From contig OZ260661.1 of NCBI GenBank assembly GCA_965285935.1, forward strand, positions 61,752,001 to 61,816,000: 64,000 nt of DNA. The letters run 5' to 3'. Both the position numbers and the translations under genes were made by a program. The DNA is from Ophelia neglecta. Its lineage: Eukaryota. The notes below the pieces were generated by a model. The model was not told the DNA's origin. It ran no database searches and saw only the letters and a program-made list of their open reading frames with translations. How positions within the stretch are numbered: the stretch's first letter is position 1; every line of letters starts with the position of its first letter. Positions 1 to 11,890 of this stretch are shown here, piece after piece.

Positions 1-2037
1 AGCTGACCATTGATTGCTAGGGTTAGGTTCATTCTATCATTTTATGATGCTGTTGTTGTTTTCATAAAAGACACTACGCCATTGTGTGATATGATGCAAA
101 TCAAACCCAGCAGGCTGACAATTAAGTAGCTATAGTTGCGTGTTGGGCTGAACGTTGTGTGCATGTGCAAATATAACGGTGGCCTTTTTTTGTCAGGTGC
201 GAGGATAAAAAAGAAGCCAAATCAGCTGTTTTACCTTGCAATTCCATGATCGCGTTATGAACTGATGTTTACATATGTATGCATGTACATAGATATATCT
301 GAGGCCTATATTCCTATCAATATAAGAATATAGGCTTACATATTATTTCTATTCAGACCGCTACTGTCTTTTGAATGAACTGACATATTAGCACTGTTTA
401 GGCCTAAGATACCTTGAAGAATTACCTCTTACTTAGGTATGACATATGGTTCACACGTAAAAATCACTTTTATATTAGGCATATTAAATTACAATTCGGA
501 AATTGAGTTATAACAACAACAATAAAAACAGTTTGGCTTTAAGATTAGCAAGCTTAAAGTTAAGGACCACTATAAAGATGAACGGTAAATAAACGACTAG
601 AAATTACTGAAGTTTAAAAAATATAACAGAGTTATCGGTACGGGTGTTCTCTTAGCGGTGGGCATGGGACCAATCTGATTTTTAAGGTGTGAGCACGTCG
701 GTGACAAGAAATAGAGAACTCTGTGGTCTAGGCGGTCTGGATTTCAGTAGAAATATTTTGGTAAGTTTCAGTTCTCCTTGCAGTGTTGGGATATGGAAAG
801 AATGGAGAGCCTGCAGGACCACAGTCAAGGCCTTGAAAGCCAGTCTCATGGCCTCTCGCTGAATGGACTCGAGCTATTTAATCCGTCGTTTGGTCAACCC
901 CTCCTGTCCATTCAGAATTTATAGCAAACTTTGTGTTGTAGACATTTGCCATGCGGACCTATAGTTAGGTATATATGACTATAGATTTTTGAAACATTTA
1001 TTTATACAGAATAATAATAAGTTATCACCTAAGTCAATCATAATAATCATTGATACTCTTTGTACCCATAAATGGCGATAACATTTCGTTTTTAGTTCGC
1101 ACGAATTGAGATGAAACATGAAGACACTTGCCGATAGTTTTCAAAAATATAATCAAATATAAAAGTAATCTGGGGTTTAATCGTGTAAATTACTGTTCCC
1201 GGTGGTAGGCCGGGAAAAAAGCTTAAATGCGAGAGTCTCCTACCCAATGCGGGAGGCTTGTTAACATATACATGCATAGGTCTATTTATATGTTCAATCA
1301 CAAAGAGAAATATGTTACGTAATTTCCAGTTATAAGCACTTCGCCCGATTAATTCTATCTGTCAAAACTCAACAACAGCAGGTGGAGATAAGGAAATAGA
1401 CCAATAACTCACGAAACGAGAAGCATTAATATTGAAGGGTTCTATAGACCCCGGGGCCAAAATGAACTTATATTTTTAAATCATACTGAAAATAAATCAA
1501 TATGAAAATGGATTTTGTCGTAAAATGTAAAGATATGCGCCATTTTAGATTTATGCAAATAAGAACCTATGTGTGTGTGAAAGGCTCTCCAGGTTAATTG
1601 GAAGTACGACAGGACAGTGATAGATGGGAATAAAATATCAATGGCAAATTTGACAAAATTACATGACTAATTTGAGTGAATATAAGTGTTTGGCTCACGG
1701 GGAATATTATGCCCAGTTGAATGAACCTTTACACAAGAACAATCACAAGAAGACAAGTAATTCTGGTACTTTAACATTAAGCTCGAACCTTTATACAAAA
1801 CGTTTGCGTCTTAACAAATGATTGCAATCTCTCTTAGTCTGTTATAAAGCACGTCCATTGCAAGTGATTATTATTTTTTCATTAATTTTAAATTGCATAA
1901 TGTGTTTACTTTCTGCGTATTAATGTATCTGGGCCTGTGGCTGCTGGTTCCTGAGGACCAACTCGATGCTCTTCATTCTTAATGATTTTACCTTATCTAA
2001 CGGGTATACGTTTTCATTACATACATTTGGGGTATGT

Positions 2038-2168
2038 TGGTTGGTTGTTTGGGGTTTTACGTGGCTTTCACCACTTATCTGGTCATATCACCACGGTGTC
2101 TGTTTGTGACAGTGGGCTCAATTCCCTCTTTAGAGTGCTGCCTCACTGGAGTACCTGCCGTAGAGTAT
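2038..2168 (-). mobile_element. 5'-truncated SINE-like retroposon fragment with 13-bp target site duplication
   Basis: Direct repeat ATTTGGGGTATGT at 2025-2037 and 2169-2181. The minus strand ends ...GATATGACCAGATAAGTGGTGAAAGCCACGTAAAACCCCAAACAACCAACC, a short-repeat tail resembling the 3' ends of invertebrate tRNA-derived SINEs (family assignment from recall only). Confidence 0.6.
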
Positions 2169-5100
2169 ATTTGGGGTATGTATGAAATCTAAACTGGGTA
2201 CATAAGATATGGTTCAGTCCTGTGATACCATGGTCACTTGCTCAGTCAACCCTTAAGTGTAGCACATTACGAGATTTATTGAGTACTCAAGCGTCTCAGA
2301 AGAATAAATTGAAGCTTAAATATGCATTCTTCTGAAATCTATAATTCAATCTAAAATCAAAATATAAGTTTCCATGGCAACCACTAAATTGTTATTTACT
2401 TAAATACAACCAGAGTATTGTTAAGTAGTGTACACAGGTACGAGTGTCACTGTTATGAATAAAATACTATATATTATTGCGCTTTGTGCAGAGGCTAATT
2501 AAAAAAAATTTACAGTACATGAATGTCCCCATAACAACAAGGGATATTTTCGATTGGCCCCTTATCTGAAAATGTTCCTTTAAATGACATATACAAAAGT
2601 GCCGCGTTTCGTGCTTATATCTTGTTTTCTAAAGATGCGTATTTATTTTGAGGATGGATAAGGTACACCGACCTTTCGAGTTACCAAAGCCACAGCTGGT
2701 CAATTTTTATTTGTATTGCTCTTTTCCCATAACACAGTAATGCAACGTTATAATCCAACAAATAAAAATCAAACGGCCTTAATTACAATGGCGATAAAAG
2801 ATTATGGAGATAGGATCCTTTTCTAACAGTCTTTTTAGGGCTAAGATCTACAAGTCGCGTTTCGGGATTATATCTTTTGAACATCTGGACTCAGACAATT
2901 CTTGTGTTATTTTATTTAATAGCAGTTTTCTAGTATTCTTGCATAAATACAGCGTTAAGGTTAAAAATAAATGAACCAAGTCGTGGATAATAATTGATCA
3001 TTGTTGCCTGTATTTATGAGAAGTTGGGAGCCAAAGATTTGTTTGCATTGTATTAGACCACTGATGACATGACATGACTGTGCCAGTGGTTTATAGCGGA
3101 CTAGAACGCTACTGGTTCAGTGACCAATTTCTGTTAGCGTGCTCGGTACAAAGCGTTTTTAATTACAAAAAGGGTTCAGATCATCTGTCCGGTTGCCCTA
3201 GTTTTTTCATTAATGGTTCGTTATCATGGCCACTAATAGAGATGTTTTTTGACACAATGGTCATTTTATAGGCACGTTATTAGATATTAGGTAGCATTTA
3301 AAGCATAGGTAGTTGTTCACGAGGTTTACATTGCGTGCCACTATCATCGGTATCCATTATTATAGAAAATCACCTCACCTACATGTAGGTCATGCAGTAT
3401 ATCTTTGGGAGTGCAAATGCCTACTCTATTTATCTAACAATGCTAGTTTAATGACTCAGCTCAGAATTGGTACCAACATTGTCAGAAAAATGAAGGACAC
3501 TACTAGATTTAGGTTAAGCCTCCTTGCTAACCATCGTTACATGTGTAACATGCCTAGATGCAAGCTATGGCTAAACTTGGGTAATATCTGAAAAATGGCG
3601 GAAGCATGTTATTGCCATTGATTGTTATTTGTTTAAAGATCAATCAAACCAAGTACCGTCTATTTGGATGTTTAGTGCTATTTAGTTGCATGGCAACTAT
3701 GCATGTCTATTAAGACTTGACCCCATGAACAGAGTTCATCAGAAGTAGCAAATTCCATGCTTGTATATGGATTTGAACAATTAGGGTCCAATTAATGCCT
3801 TTCTACTATAATATAAAAAAAAATACACAATTGATCGTAAAATCTATTTTGTCGACAATAGAAATAGCTTAGGATTCTCTTTAATAATTGTGAGTTGACA
3901 ACGTAATTTACCCATGGAACAAATAACATTCCTATCGTTAAACAACGAACAGTGCGTGAAATAAAGTGGTTTTCCCCCATCAATAGACAAACAAGTGGAC
4001 AAGAAACCCCAAGGTCACTGTGTACAGGAAGCACAGAGACGCACATCTTGCCATTTATGAATATTGTAAATTTGCTGTTAAAACGATTGTATGTAAATCT
4101 GGAATTTATCATCTACATTTCTCTAGGGTATATATGGGAAAAAAGACCAAGGAAGAATATTGTTACGGCGTGCGCAAGCATTTCTTTAATGCAAATGTCG
4201 CGTTATTTCAGTTCCGGAATAATCAATGCTTCATTTAATGGCTTCACTGTTCTAATTTTAGAATCTTTAATCCCTTGGAATGGTCCGCTGTTTTCTTTTT
4301 TTTAGAAAGTTTCGCACTTGGGCTCAGTTGGTTGGCAGAAACTAGCTCACAAATTCTTCTCGGCTCACGTTGCGGAACTGTTAACTGCCACTCGTCGTCC
4401 GTTTCTTTCGACATCTCTGATCATTACATAAAGATTTACTCACCAGATAAGACTGTGTCTGCAATAAAAACAGTTTCCGAATGTCGACCAGGTACTTTCG
4501 TTTTGTTATGGGCCTAGTGTTTCGTATAATTGCAGTCAAATACAAACAAAATAGTACCAGTTGTTGCATGCTGATATACACACATGGATACAGGCTTGTT
4601 AATTATCTAAATCACCTTAAAATCAAGGAAGATTCCGAGTTGTTATGAAAAATGAATGCCAAAAAGTTTGTTGACTCATCCAGCCATTCAAACATTTAAA
4701 ACCGGTCGAATTCGATTCTGGGCTAAGAGACACGCAAACCAATCAGAACAATTCTAGTTTGGGAACAGGAGTAGAGTTGCCAATCGTTTGCCGATTGCAC
4801 AGATATAATGTTCGGCTTATGTTTGATTTAAACTGCCCTTTTCCTAAAAATATGGAAATTGTCAAACTATGAGCTTAAGACTATTGGCTTTTTAAACAAA
4901 AAGTAACACATTAAGGAATAGACATCCAAATTATTTTCTATTCCTATTGCTCCCAGTATATTTTTAAGCCCTAAAAGTTACTTTTGATATATTTTTCATT
5001 GTTTTACTAGATCAAGCAGAAAAGACACCTGTTTTTATCGAGCCATATAATATCACATGCTGTTGGGAAAGACTGTTGAGAAAGTGTTAGGCACGGGTAA

Positions 5101-6178
5101 ATTTTCATACCTGTTTAATGACAGATGCGCCACTTATTTTGGACAAAAGACAACTGAAGAAAACGTAAAGAAGTAACATGTGACTTTCTTTTGAGGCAGT
5201 AAACCCTTAACCTTTTCGTTTGAGTCCATTGCTCGCTGTCCTAGTTCAACTTAGATAGGCTCAAGGTTTAATGCCGTCAAACCGTCCAAATAAAGCGATC
5301 TAGTGGGCTATTGTAGAATAACACGGGATGTTATTTGATATTGCATAACAGTGGATGACCAAAATGTATAATTATAACGTCAACAGAAGGAGTTTAATAT
5401 ATCGGAGAAAATAAACAGCATGATATAGTAGGATACAGCCAAGTAAACCTTGTTTCATATTATGGGAAATTTGTGTGACATATATAGCGTTAGGGATATA
5501 ATAGGCTATACCACAATCATGAAGGCTTGTTGGTAAATTACTACTTTTTTCATGCTGGTAATCACATATATGCTGCAGTGCCCCCTCCCAACGTTGTCGT
5601 CGTAGTATTTAGTTTGATTTAATATATATGTACAAGTGATTTCCTTATTAAACTAGATCATCTGAAGAAATTATATTCATTTTAGATACTAGCATACATT
5701 AAATAACAAGTTGTTTACGAACGTATACTTAATGATATTACTTTAATACTTAAATTTTAGTAGGAGTTAATCCCTGGACATTTTTTATATTAATGTAGAT
5801 GTGTAGGTTTTTTATTTATTGGTTACAGTATAAATCGGGTTCAAATTTGATTAATTGAGGCGAAAATGGTTAATCCAATAACAGATCCATGTATCATGTT
5901 TTCAGTCTAAACAGGTCATCGCGGACAGACCGAAAGCTCATCTCCAGAAATTGAAAACACCTTTCTAAGAAACTTTCCCAGTATACGTTATAAATTTGAT
6001 TCATGTATGGGCTATAAATTATCTACATTAGACAACTTAAAAGCGGCCTAGCTTTAACTGACTTCACAATTGGTTGTATATTAAATTAGGAAGTGTCTTA
6101 ATCAGGTTTTATTTCATTGAATTCAGCAGTTATAATTTATTCGTACCCTGCAATCCCTACCCTGCTTGTTGTTGCAGA

Positions 6179-6376
6179 ATGAGGATGGTGTTGATGCTGT
6201 TATTGGGCGTCCTGGTTGTGCTGCTCGAGCTCCTACCCCAGTGTGACACTCAACTGACCCAAAGCCTAGGCTGGGGAAGCGCCGGCTCCCCCGGAAAACG
6301 ATCCACAGGCTACCTGTCTCATGACGACTGTCGTGTCAGCTCTGAAGCCTTCCAGAACCTTCTAATTCTTCTTGAG
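6179..6376 (+). CDS. GnRH/AKH/ACP-superfamily neuropeptide precursor, coding exon 1 (signal peptide, mature peptide, GKR, start of associated peptide)
   Basis: Acceptor TTGTTGTTGCAG ends at 6177; ATG at 6179. 24-aa hydrophobic signal MRMVLMLLLGVLVVLLELLPQCDT is followed directly by QLTQSLGWGSAGSP (6251-6292) and G-K-R (amidation plus dibasic cleavage). Donor GAG|GTAGG at 6377, phase 0. Confidence 0.9.
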
Positions 6377-7155
6377 GTAGGCTATTTTACAGCCGATATG
6401 AAAGATCGCCTACCATTAAAATTTATGATACCGGGGCCCAAAACGATCAAACTGACGCAGGTATATACACAGGAAATAATCCTATCCATGAATGCACGTA
6501 AACTTGGTAGGTGTTTCCAAAAGAAGGTGAACATTATTTTCAGTCCGACATATCTGCAAATTCGCTAAGGGCAGATACCGTATCCTTCATGGCGAGCCGC
6601 AATATTTTAGCCTAATTACAATTAATCGCCAAATTTTTCACTGCTTTGCGCGTAATTTTGAAGAATTACGTTCTTGTCTTTCGATAGCCATATTGTAGCA
6701 TGTGATTTTGCTTAAAGAAGTATAAGGTCCACCTGTTCCGTCTGAAAAGGAAAGAGACGGTTTCAATTGACAAAATTTTGAGACAAGAAAAAAATTGGTT
6801 GTGGGTGGGGGTGGGAGGGGCGGAGTTTTTTTTGACTTTTTTTTCGGCAAAATATCCAATACTCATGCAATTTTAAGTGTTTTAAGCGAAAATAATTTAT
6901 TTTTGGTAGGAATTAGTTTTATTTGCACTTGGTATATTCCGACAAAATATGCAATTTCCAGCGTTTTGTGTGCATAAATATTTTGTGGCTGTCTTTGGGG
7001 GGGGGGGGGGGGGGATCCCACCTTTGCATTGACTTTGTCACAAGCGATTGTTCGACGTACATATTCACTTTCCATTTCCATGGGAGACTTGCATTTCTAA
7101 GCGCAATGTTTATACAGTCGATCTCTAGTAAATTACATGTTTTGTTTCTCTACAG

Positions 7156-7188
7156 CGTGAAGCCTCGAGATTAAGGTCATGTCGATAG
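7156..7188 (+). CDS. neuropeptide precursor, coding exon 2 (REASRLRSCR*)
   Basis: Acceptor TTTGTTTCTCTACAG ends at 7155, phase 0. The spliced tail DDCRVSSEAFQNLLILLE-REASRLRSCR* has two Cys and an L..LL..EA.RL..C helix like AKH/ACP precursor-related peptides. Total precursor 76 aa. Confidence 0.85.
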   Translation, partial: REASRLRSCR

Positions 7189-7436
7189 CGTGGACAAGAA
7201 AATCGCGGTAATTAGGATGGCCTTAAGTATTTTTATGACTAGCAGTTACTTTTGCTGGAGACATCTCTGCTTATTGAAAACTAACATTTCATATTATCTG
7301 CCTGAAAATAATAGGAAAATGTTTTTAAGTGTAGAGGCCATTTATTATATTCGTTGTTATAGGTAATGGATGGACTTGAAACCTGACCAGTAAAGGATTA
7401 CAAGGGTTTTGTGACATATCTAGCATGTGAAAAAGC

Positions 7437-7442
7437 AATAAA
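7437..7442 (+). promoter_or_regulatory. candidate polyadenylation signal of the neuropeptide gene
   Basis: AATAAA about 250 nt after the stop, with GT/T-rich sequence (CAGTGTTGTACTTATTTTTGT) downstream. Confidence 0.45.
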
Positions 7443-8780
7443 AACATTGTATACTGAAATAATACCAGCAGAACAGTGTTGTACTTATTTTTGTCAAGCT
7501 AAAAAGAACAAAAAACAAAATTTTACATATTTCAATATACTTGTTTGTATTTTATACAAATTGTATACAAAACATGACGTTGGTAGTTTGTGTTTTATAC
7601 ACTATTTACAAAGTTACAATAATTACATAGACTTTTTGTTTTTACTTCATTGAAGCTACAGGCAGGTGTTGCAAAAATAAACACATGTTTGTAACTTCAG
7701 CACCAGAGAATGGTTGATTAAATAAAAAAAACTGATAAAACAAATTTAATATTTACCTGGCATATAAGTATGGCTTTATAACTTATTAAAGGATCGCAAC
7801 AATATTAGATAAAACAATTCTTTTGGCCAAACTCATTTCCTTGTATTGATAAAATATTATTTTAGTCCAAGTTCAAAACAATTATTTGTATTCAGATTGG
7901 CAAATGCTAAGAAGCTTGAAACATGTGTTCCAGTTGTATATCTCTAAAGTAAAGTGGAGTTCCGTCATTTAATAACATACACGTATTCAGAAATGCTTAT
8001 GTCAAATGAAAGAAGACAAAAGAAAGCTCTGATCATTATAAATTGAAATAAAATTCAGTTCATATGGTGCCCCACCCAATGAATTTGTTCACCCTGGTCA
8101 CTGGGTCATAATCTGTTTGCCTTAAGTGCTTTTTACTTATTTTTAAGGTTCATGAAATATAAAATATAAAAAGTATTATCAGCATACTATCAAATAATAG
8201 CTCAGGGCATTTCCTGACAGATTAGCTGATGCTCTCATGCAGTATGCCTGTCATGCAATGATAAGTTCTGTTTCAATGCATTTTTATGAGTTACAAAATC
8301 GGTTGATTACCAGCTATGTGCCTTACATAAATCAGTTTTACAGAATGACTCAATGGTGACCTGTGTCTTGGCAGGGTGGGCATACAATGTAAAATGATAC
8401 CATGTGAGGTAACGGATACAGGTATATACAAAATAACACCACATCAGCCAAAGCTAGGATATCACTAATTGCCTAATGACTTAAAATATATTGCACATAT
8501 ACAAAAATTAGATATTTATAAACAAAATATACATTTTCTGTACATTACAATTGATCAGATTAATTTTAAGAAGCATTCCCATTAAAACATTCTACAGGTC
8601 ATTTTCTTATTAATAATGCTGGAAGTGTTAGTTTACAAAAGGTTGTCAAGCAAATTTCATATTCCAATATGAATGCTGATGTTAGGAATGTAAATACATG
8701 TTATTTTACTTCATAAAAATGCCATCACTGGGTAATCTGATATGTAAAATTGCGTATGGTAGCCCAGGTCACACTGGACA

Positions 8781-8905
8781 GACCTAGCACAAAACTGACA
8801 TACTGGACTTCGCACAAAGCTGACCTACTTGACCTCGCACAAAGCTGACCTACTTGACCTCACACAAAGCTGACCTACTTGACCTCACACAAAGCTGACC
8901 TGCAT
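8781..8905. repeat. 25-bp tandem repeat, 5 copies, overlapping the RGS12 stop codon
   Basis: Units start at 8781, 8806, 8831, 8856 and 8881; consensus GACCTCRCACAAAGCTGACCTACTT; no spacers between units. Confidence 0.95.
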
Positions 8906-10191
8906 GTCCCCACTGGCTTCACTCCTGTCAAACACTAAGGTTTTCTTGGCTTTCTGATCTGAGTTTTCATGCTGCACAGAGATCTTTTTCTTCATGATAG
9001 AAGTTCTCACACTGGGTCTGGGTGTTGATTCACTTTCTGGACTACTTTCAGTTTCTAACACTAAATCATGAGTAGTTGGACTAGGGGTGGAGGATGTCAT
9101 GGAAACAACATCTTCCAACTTCTGATTGGCCAGAGTGTCTATTATTTCGTACTCAAGGTCTGATTCAGTCACCATTGGCTGCACTGTAGTGCTGTGGGGC
9201 AGTGAACTGTAACGGCCATTATGATTAGCAGTTGAACATTGGCCATGCGTCTGGCCAGAGCCCACTGGCCTTGGATGGCAATTGGTGTCAGGTTTGCTTG
9301 GACCCCCTGCCCATTTGCTTTTCCTAGCAATAGGAGTGGGTGGAGAGTCATCTGTCCCATCTGTAATGTCATAGGTGGCAGCCGCTGGCCACCGAGGTGG
9401 TGTCGGCTGTTGTTCTGCCTCACTCGAATCTGAAGATGGAGGAAGAAGGGTGATTTCTAGATCACTGCTGCTGCCACTGTGGGGTTTGCCCACCTCCTCC
9501 ATTTGTGTGCTGCCTGATGAGGGGTCAGTGAAGGCTTTGTGCGTGGGAGGATTCCTCCTGCGGGGAACCACAGGCCGATGATGGCGTGGTTTGGGCACAG
9601 GCCTTTCAGCCCCAGTCTCTTTGTTAGGAGTTTCTGCTTGCATTGGCTGCCCCCGGTAAGTACCAAAGGTGATTTTATGATGGCCCACACTGCCAGATTC
9701 AAGTCCAAGGTCTCTGAGGCTCCTGTCCATTAACTTGGAATCATCAAAGTTGGCTAACATGGACTTGTTTTGAACTTCGGAGAAATATTGTTCAGCCTCA
9801 CCATGAGTGGGGACTATTCCATCATGACTGAAGCTCATGTCTTCAAACTGGAACGACTGAGACATTGGAGTTCCAGTTGAGTGGACAGACTGGATGCTTT
9901 TGTCCATATCCGGGTTATGAGCCAGTCTCTCATGAGATTTAGACACTAATGAATTCCTATTTAGCACTGGTCCATTAGGAACTTTTCTGATTAAATTAGA
10001 GTCTGATAAGACAGTTTTCCTGATCCTAGGCTTGTGATTACCATTGGCCTGAGTATTATTTGCTTTGCTTGTTTCTTGTTGAGATTTCTCTACTTTTAGA
10101 AAATCTGGCAGTTCTAAATCCTTTGCCGTGAGTCCTCGTTGGTCATCAAACTGCTTACTGGCTTTTGACAGCAAATCAAGAAATTTGGTCT
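8885..10191 (-). CDS. RGS12: RGS12/loco terminal coding exon: GoLoco motif, long Ser/Pro-rich tail, C-terminal class I PDZ-binding motif (VSFV*)
   Basis: Acceptor CCATTACAG (10192), phase 1. Reads ETKFLDLLSKASKQFDDQRGLTAKDLELPDFL (compare RGS12 DDQRGLLRKEDLVLPEFL). Stop TGA at 8887-8885. Confidence 0.92.
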
Positions 10192-10473
10192 CTGTAATGG
10201 AAGTAAAAACAAAGAGAATAAAGAGACTGTGATGTTTTGTACCTACCCTGGACAGCAGTACAAGTATTAGCCATGTTTCTTACTTTAGGTCTAATCCAAT
10301 TTTGACTGAATAAAATTTTAATTGAATAAAAATCATTTTACTTTATCCAGCTCAAATTTTGCTGGACTTTTCCCAAATCTTAAAATGAAACAAATTTTAC
10401 CCTGCCTTTTGGTAATTCTTTACTTTACACTAAAGAATTCACATCTAATAAATTTTAAAAAACTTTGTTTTAC

Positions 10474-10702
10474 CTTCTTTGTCGAGCCGTGATCTTGGCA
10501 CAGGTAGCTTTCTGCCGTTCACATCAGGCGGAGGTTTTTTTGTGTCCGCCGCTTGAACTTTATTTTCTGTTTTATTTTCAGGTTGTCTTTGGGAAGAAAA
10601 CACTGCCTGTACTTTGTTCTTTATTTTCTTTCCATCCTTTTCTCCCACAGAATTTCTCCTGATGAAACCAAAGAGTCCAGAGTTTCTGTTTTCATCTGAC
10701 TT
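10474..10702 (-). CDS. RGS12: RGS12 coding exon (basic linker before GoLoco)
   Basis: KSDENRNSGLFGFIRRNS...SRLDKE. Tandem AAG/AAG acceptor, so the start is 10702 or 10699. Donor G|GTAAAA, phase 1, matches the next exon. Confidence 0.75.
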
Positions 10703-10821
10703 CTTGTCATGTAAAATGAAAAAAACAGGTTTATCACACAAAAAGGTAGAACACCCCATTTGCTTTTATTATTGTCACAGTCCTCATAACTAGGAAAGTG
10801 TTAAGACAAAGTAACATTTAC

Positions 10822-11027
10822 CTTTTTCTCAGGATCCAAAACTCCATTTTCATCAAAGCTAGACAGAGACACAGACTCGGAGACATCTTTGAAAAGGGTT
10901 TTGAGTACATCTTCTAGTCCACTCCCTGCGGAGGGTGCCTGTCGGACTGGGCTGGGGTCTCCTCGACCCCGGGGGATGGGGGGCTTCCCTGATAGGCTTC
11001 TGTGACTACCACCAAAACTACCCCACT
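10822..11027 (-). CDS. RGS12: RGS12 coding exon (post-RBD linker)
   Basis: Acceptor CTTTCATTGCCAG, phase 1; EWGSFGG...FDENGVLDPEKK; donor AAG|GTAAAT, phase 0. Confidence 0.85.
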
Positions 11028-11875
11028 CTGGCAATGAAAGAATGTTTTTATTGTTTACTAGACCATCTACTACTCACATACATTCATGTCTCATTTCACA
11101 GTACTTAAATATAAAAGGGGTCTGATATAAAAAGCAGTTTTTTAACTTGTTTAAGAAATTAATGACAGCCATAGAAAATGACACATGGACTTAACAGGGT
11201 TGAGTTAGTAGAAAATTGGTTATTGATGTCCTCCACTTGTAAAATATGTGCCAAATAAATTTTTTTGGGGAAAATTTGCATTTGTGATAAGATAAACTCA
11301 AGTTTCCAAATACCAAGCAGAGTATAAATAATACAAATACAACAGATGACTTCCACAGCTCCATTAAACAGGGCGCAGTGGCTTTCCATCTTAACAGAAT
11401 GTGCTTCAATGCAATGCATTAAACTTCTCACAAGGCACCAATTTGCAGTGAACATATAGGCTTTCTCATAGCAATGAAATTGTTGAAACGAACAAGTAAT
11501 AAACAGAACTTAACATCATTAACAAACCATAGCTGAACTAGACAAATACACGCCTAACTAGCATCATTAAACTAAAAAAGAATCAATTTTATCATGCAGG
11601 GGACAGGAATCAAGGAATTCAAACTAAAGCTGGAGTTGCCTTTATCAAAGCAGACCAAGCTACAATATCTGTCCAAATAATCTGTCATTTTCCCACATAA
11701 ATCTGTGATTGGGCAATTTAAAAAGTGAAAGAATTGAGCCCTATCACAAATCAGAAACTTTCTGGCCTGCAAATAATAGAGAGAAAGCAAACTGCAGCAC
11801 CCATACCAAACTAGGTCGACATGCAAGTGAAATAAATTAATCAGAAATTGAAAAGTGCATTCACTCAAGTCTCAC

Positions 11876-11890
11876 CTTTCTTCTTTTTCC
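11876..11890 (-). CDS. RGS12: candidate 15-nt frame-preserving microexon of RGS12 (adds GKKKK)
   Basis: CATTACTGTCCCACAG|GGAAAAAGAAGAAAG|GTGAGA: good acceptor and donor, length divisible by 3, located in a phase-1 intron. Confidence 0.6.

Noticed and set aside
660-925. GC-richer patch with splice-like signals
   Set aside because: No frame gives a recognisable peptide, and the apparent intron (761-783) is too short.
6074-6568. The 164-aa ORF as a full protein
   Set aside because: Only 6179-6376 is exon-like; the flanks lie beyond an acceptor (6177) and a donor (6377) and read as intron.
6638-7174. ORFs with poly-Pro or poly-Gly stretches (also 53478-53919)
   Set aside because: Produced by G/C homopolymer runs in intronic or intergenic DNA.
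8781-8905. 25-bp repeats as a CRISPR array
   Set aside because: Units are contiguous with no unique spacers, there are no cas genes, and the context is a spliced eukaryotic gene.
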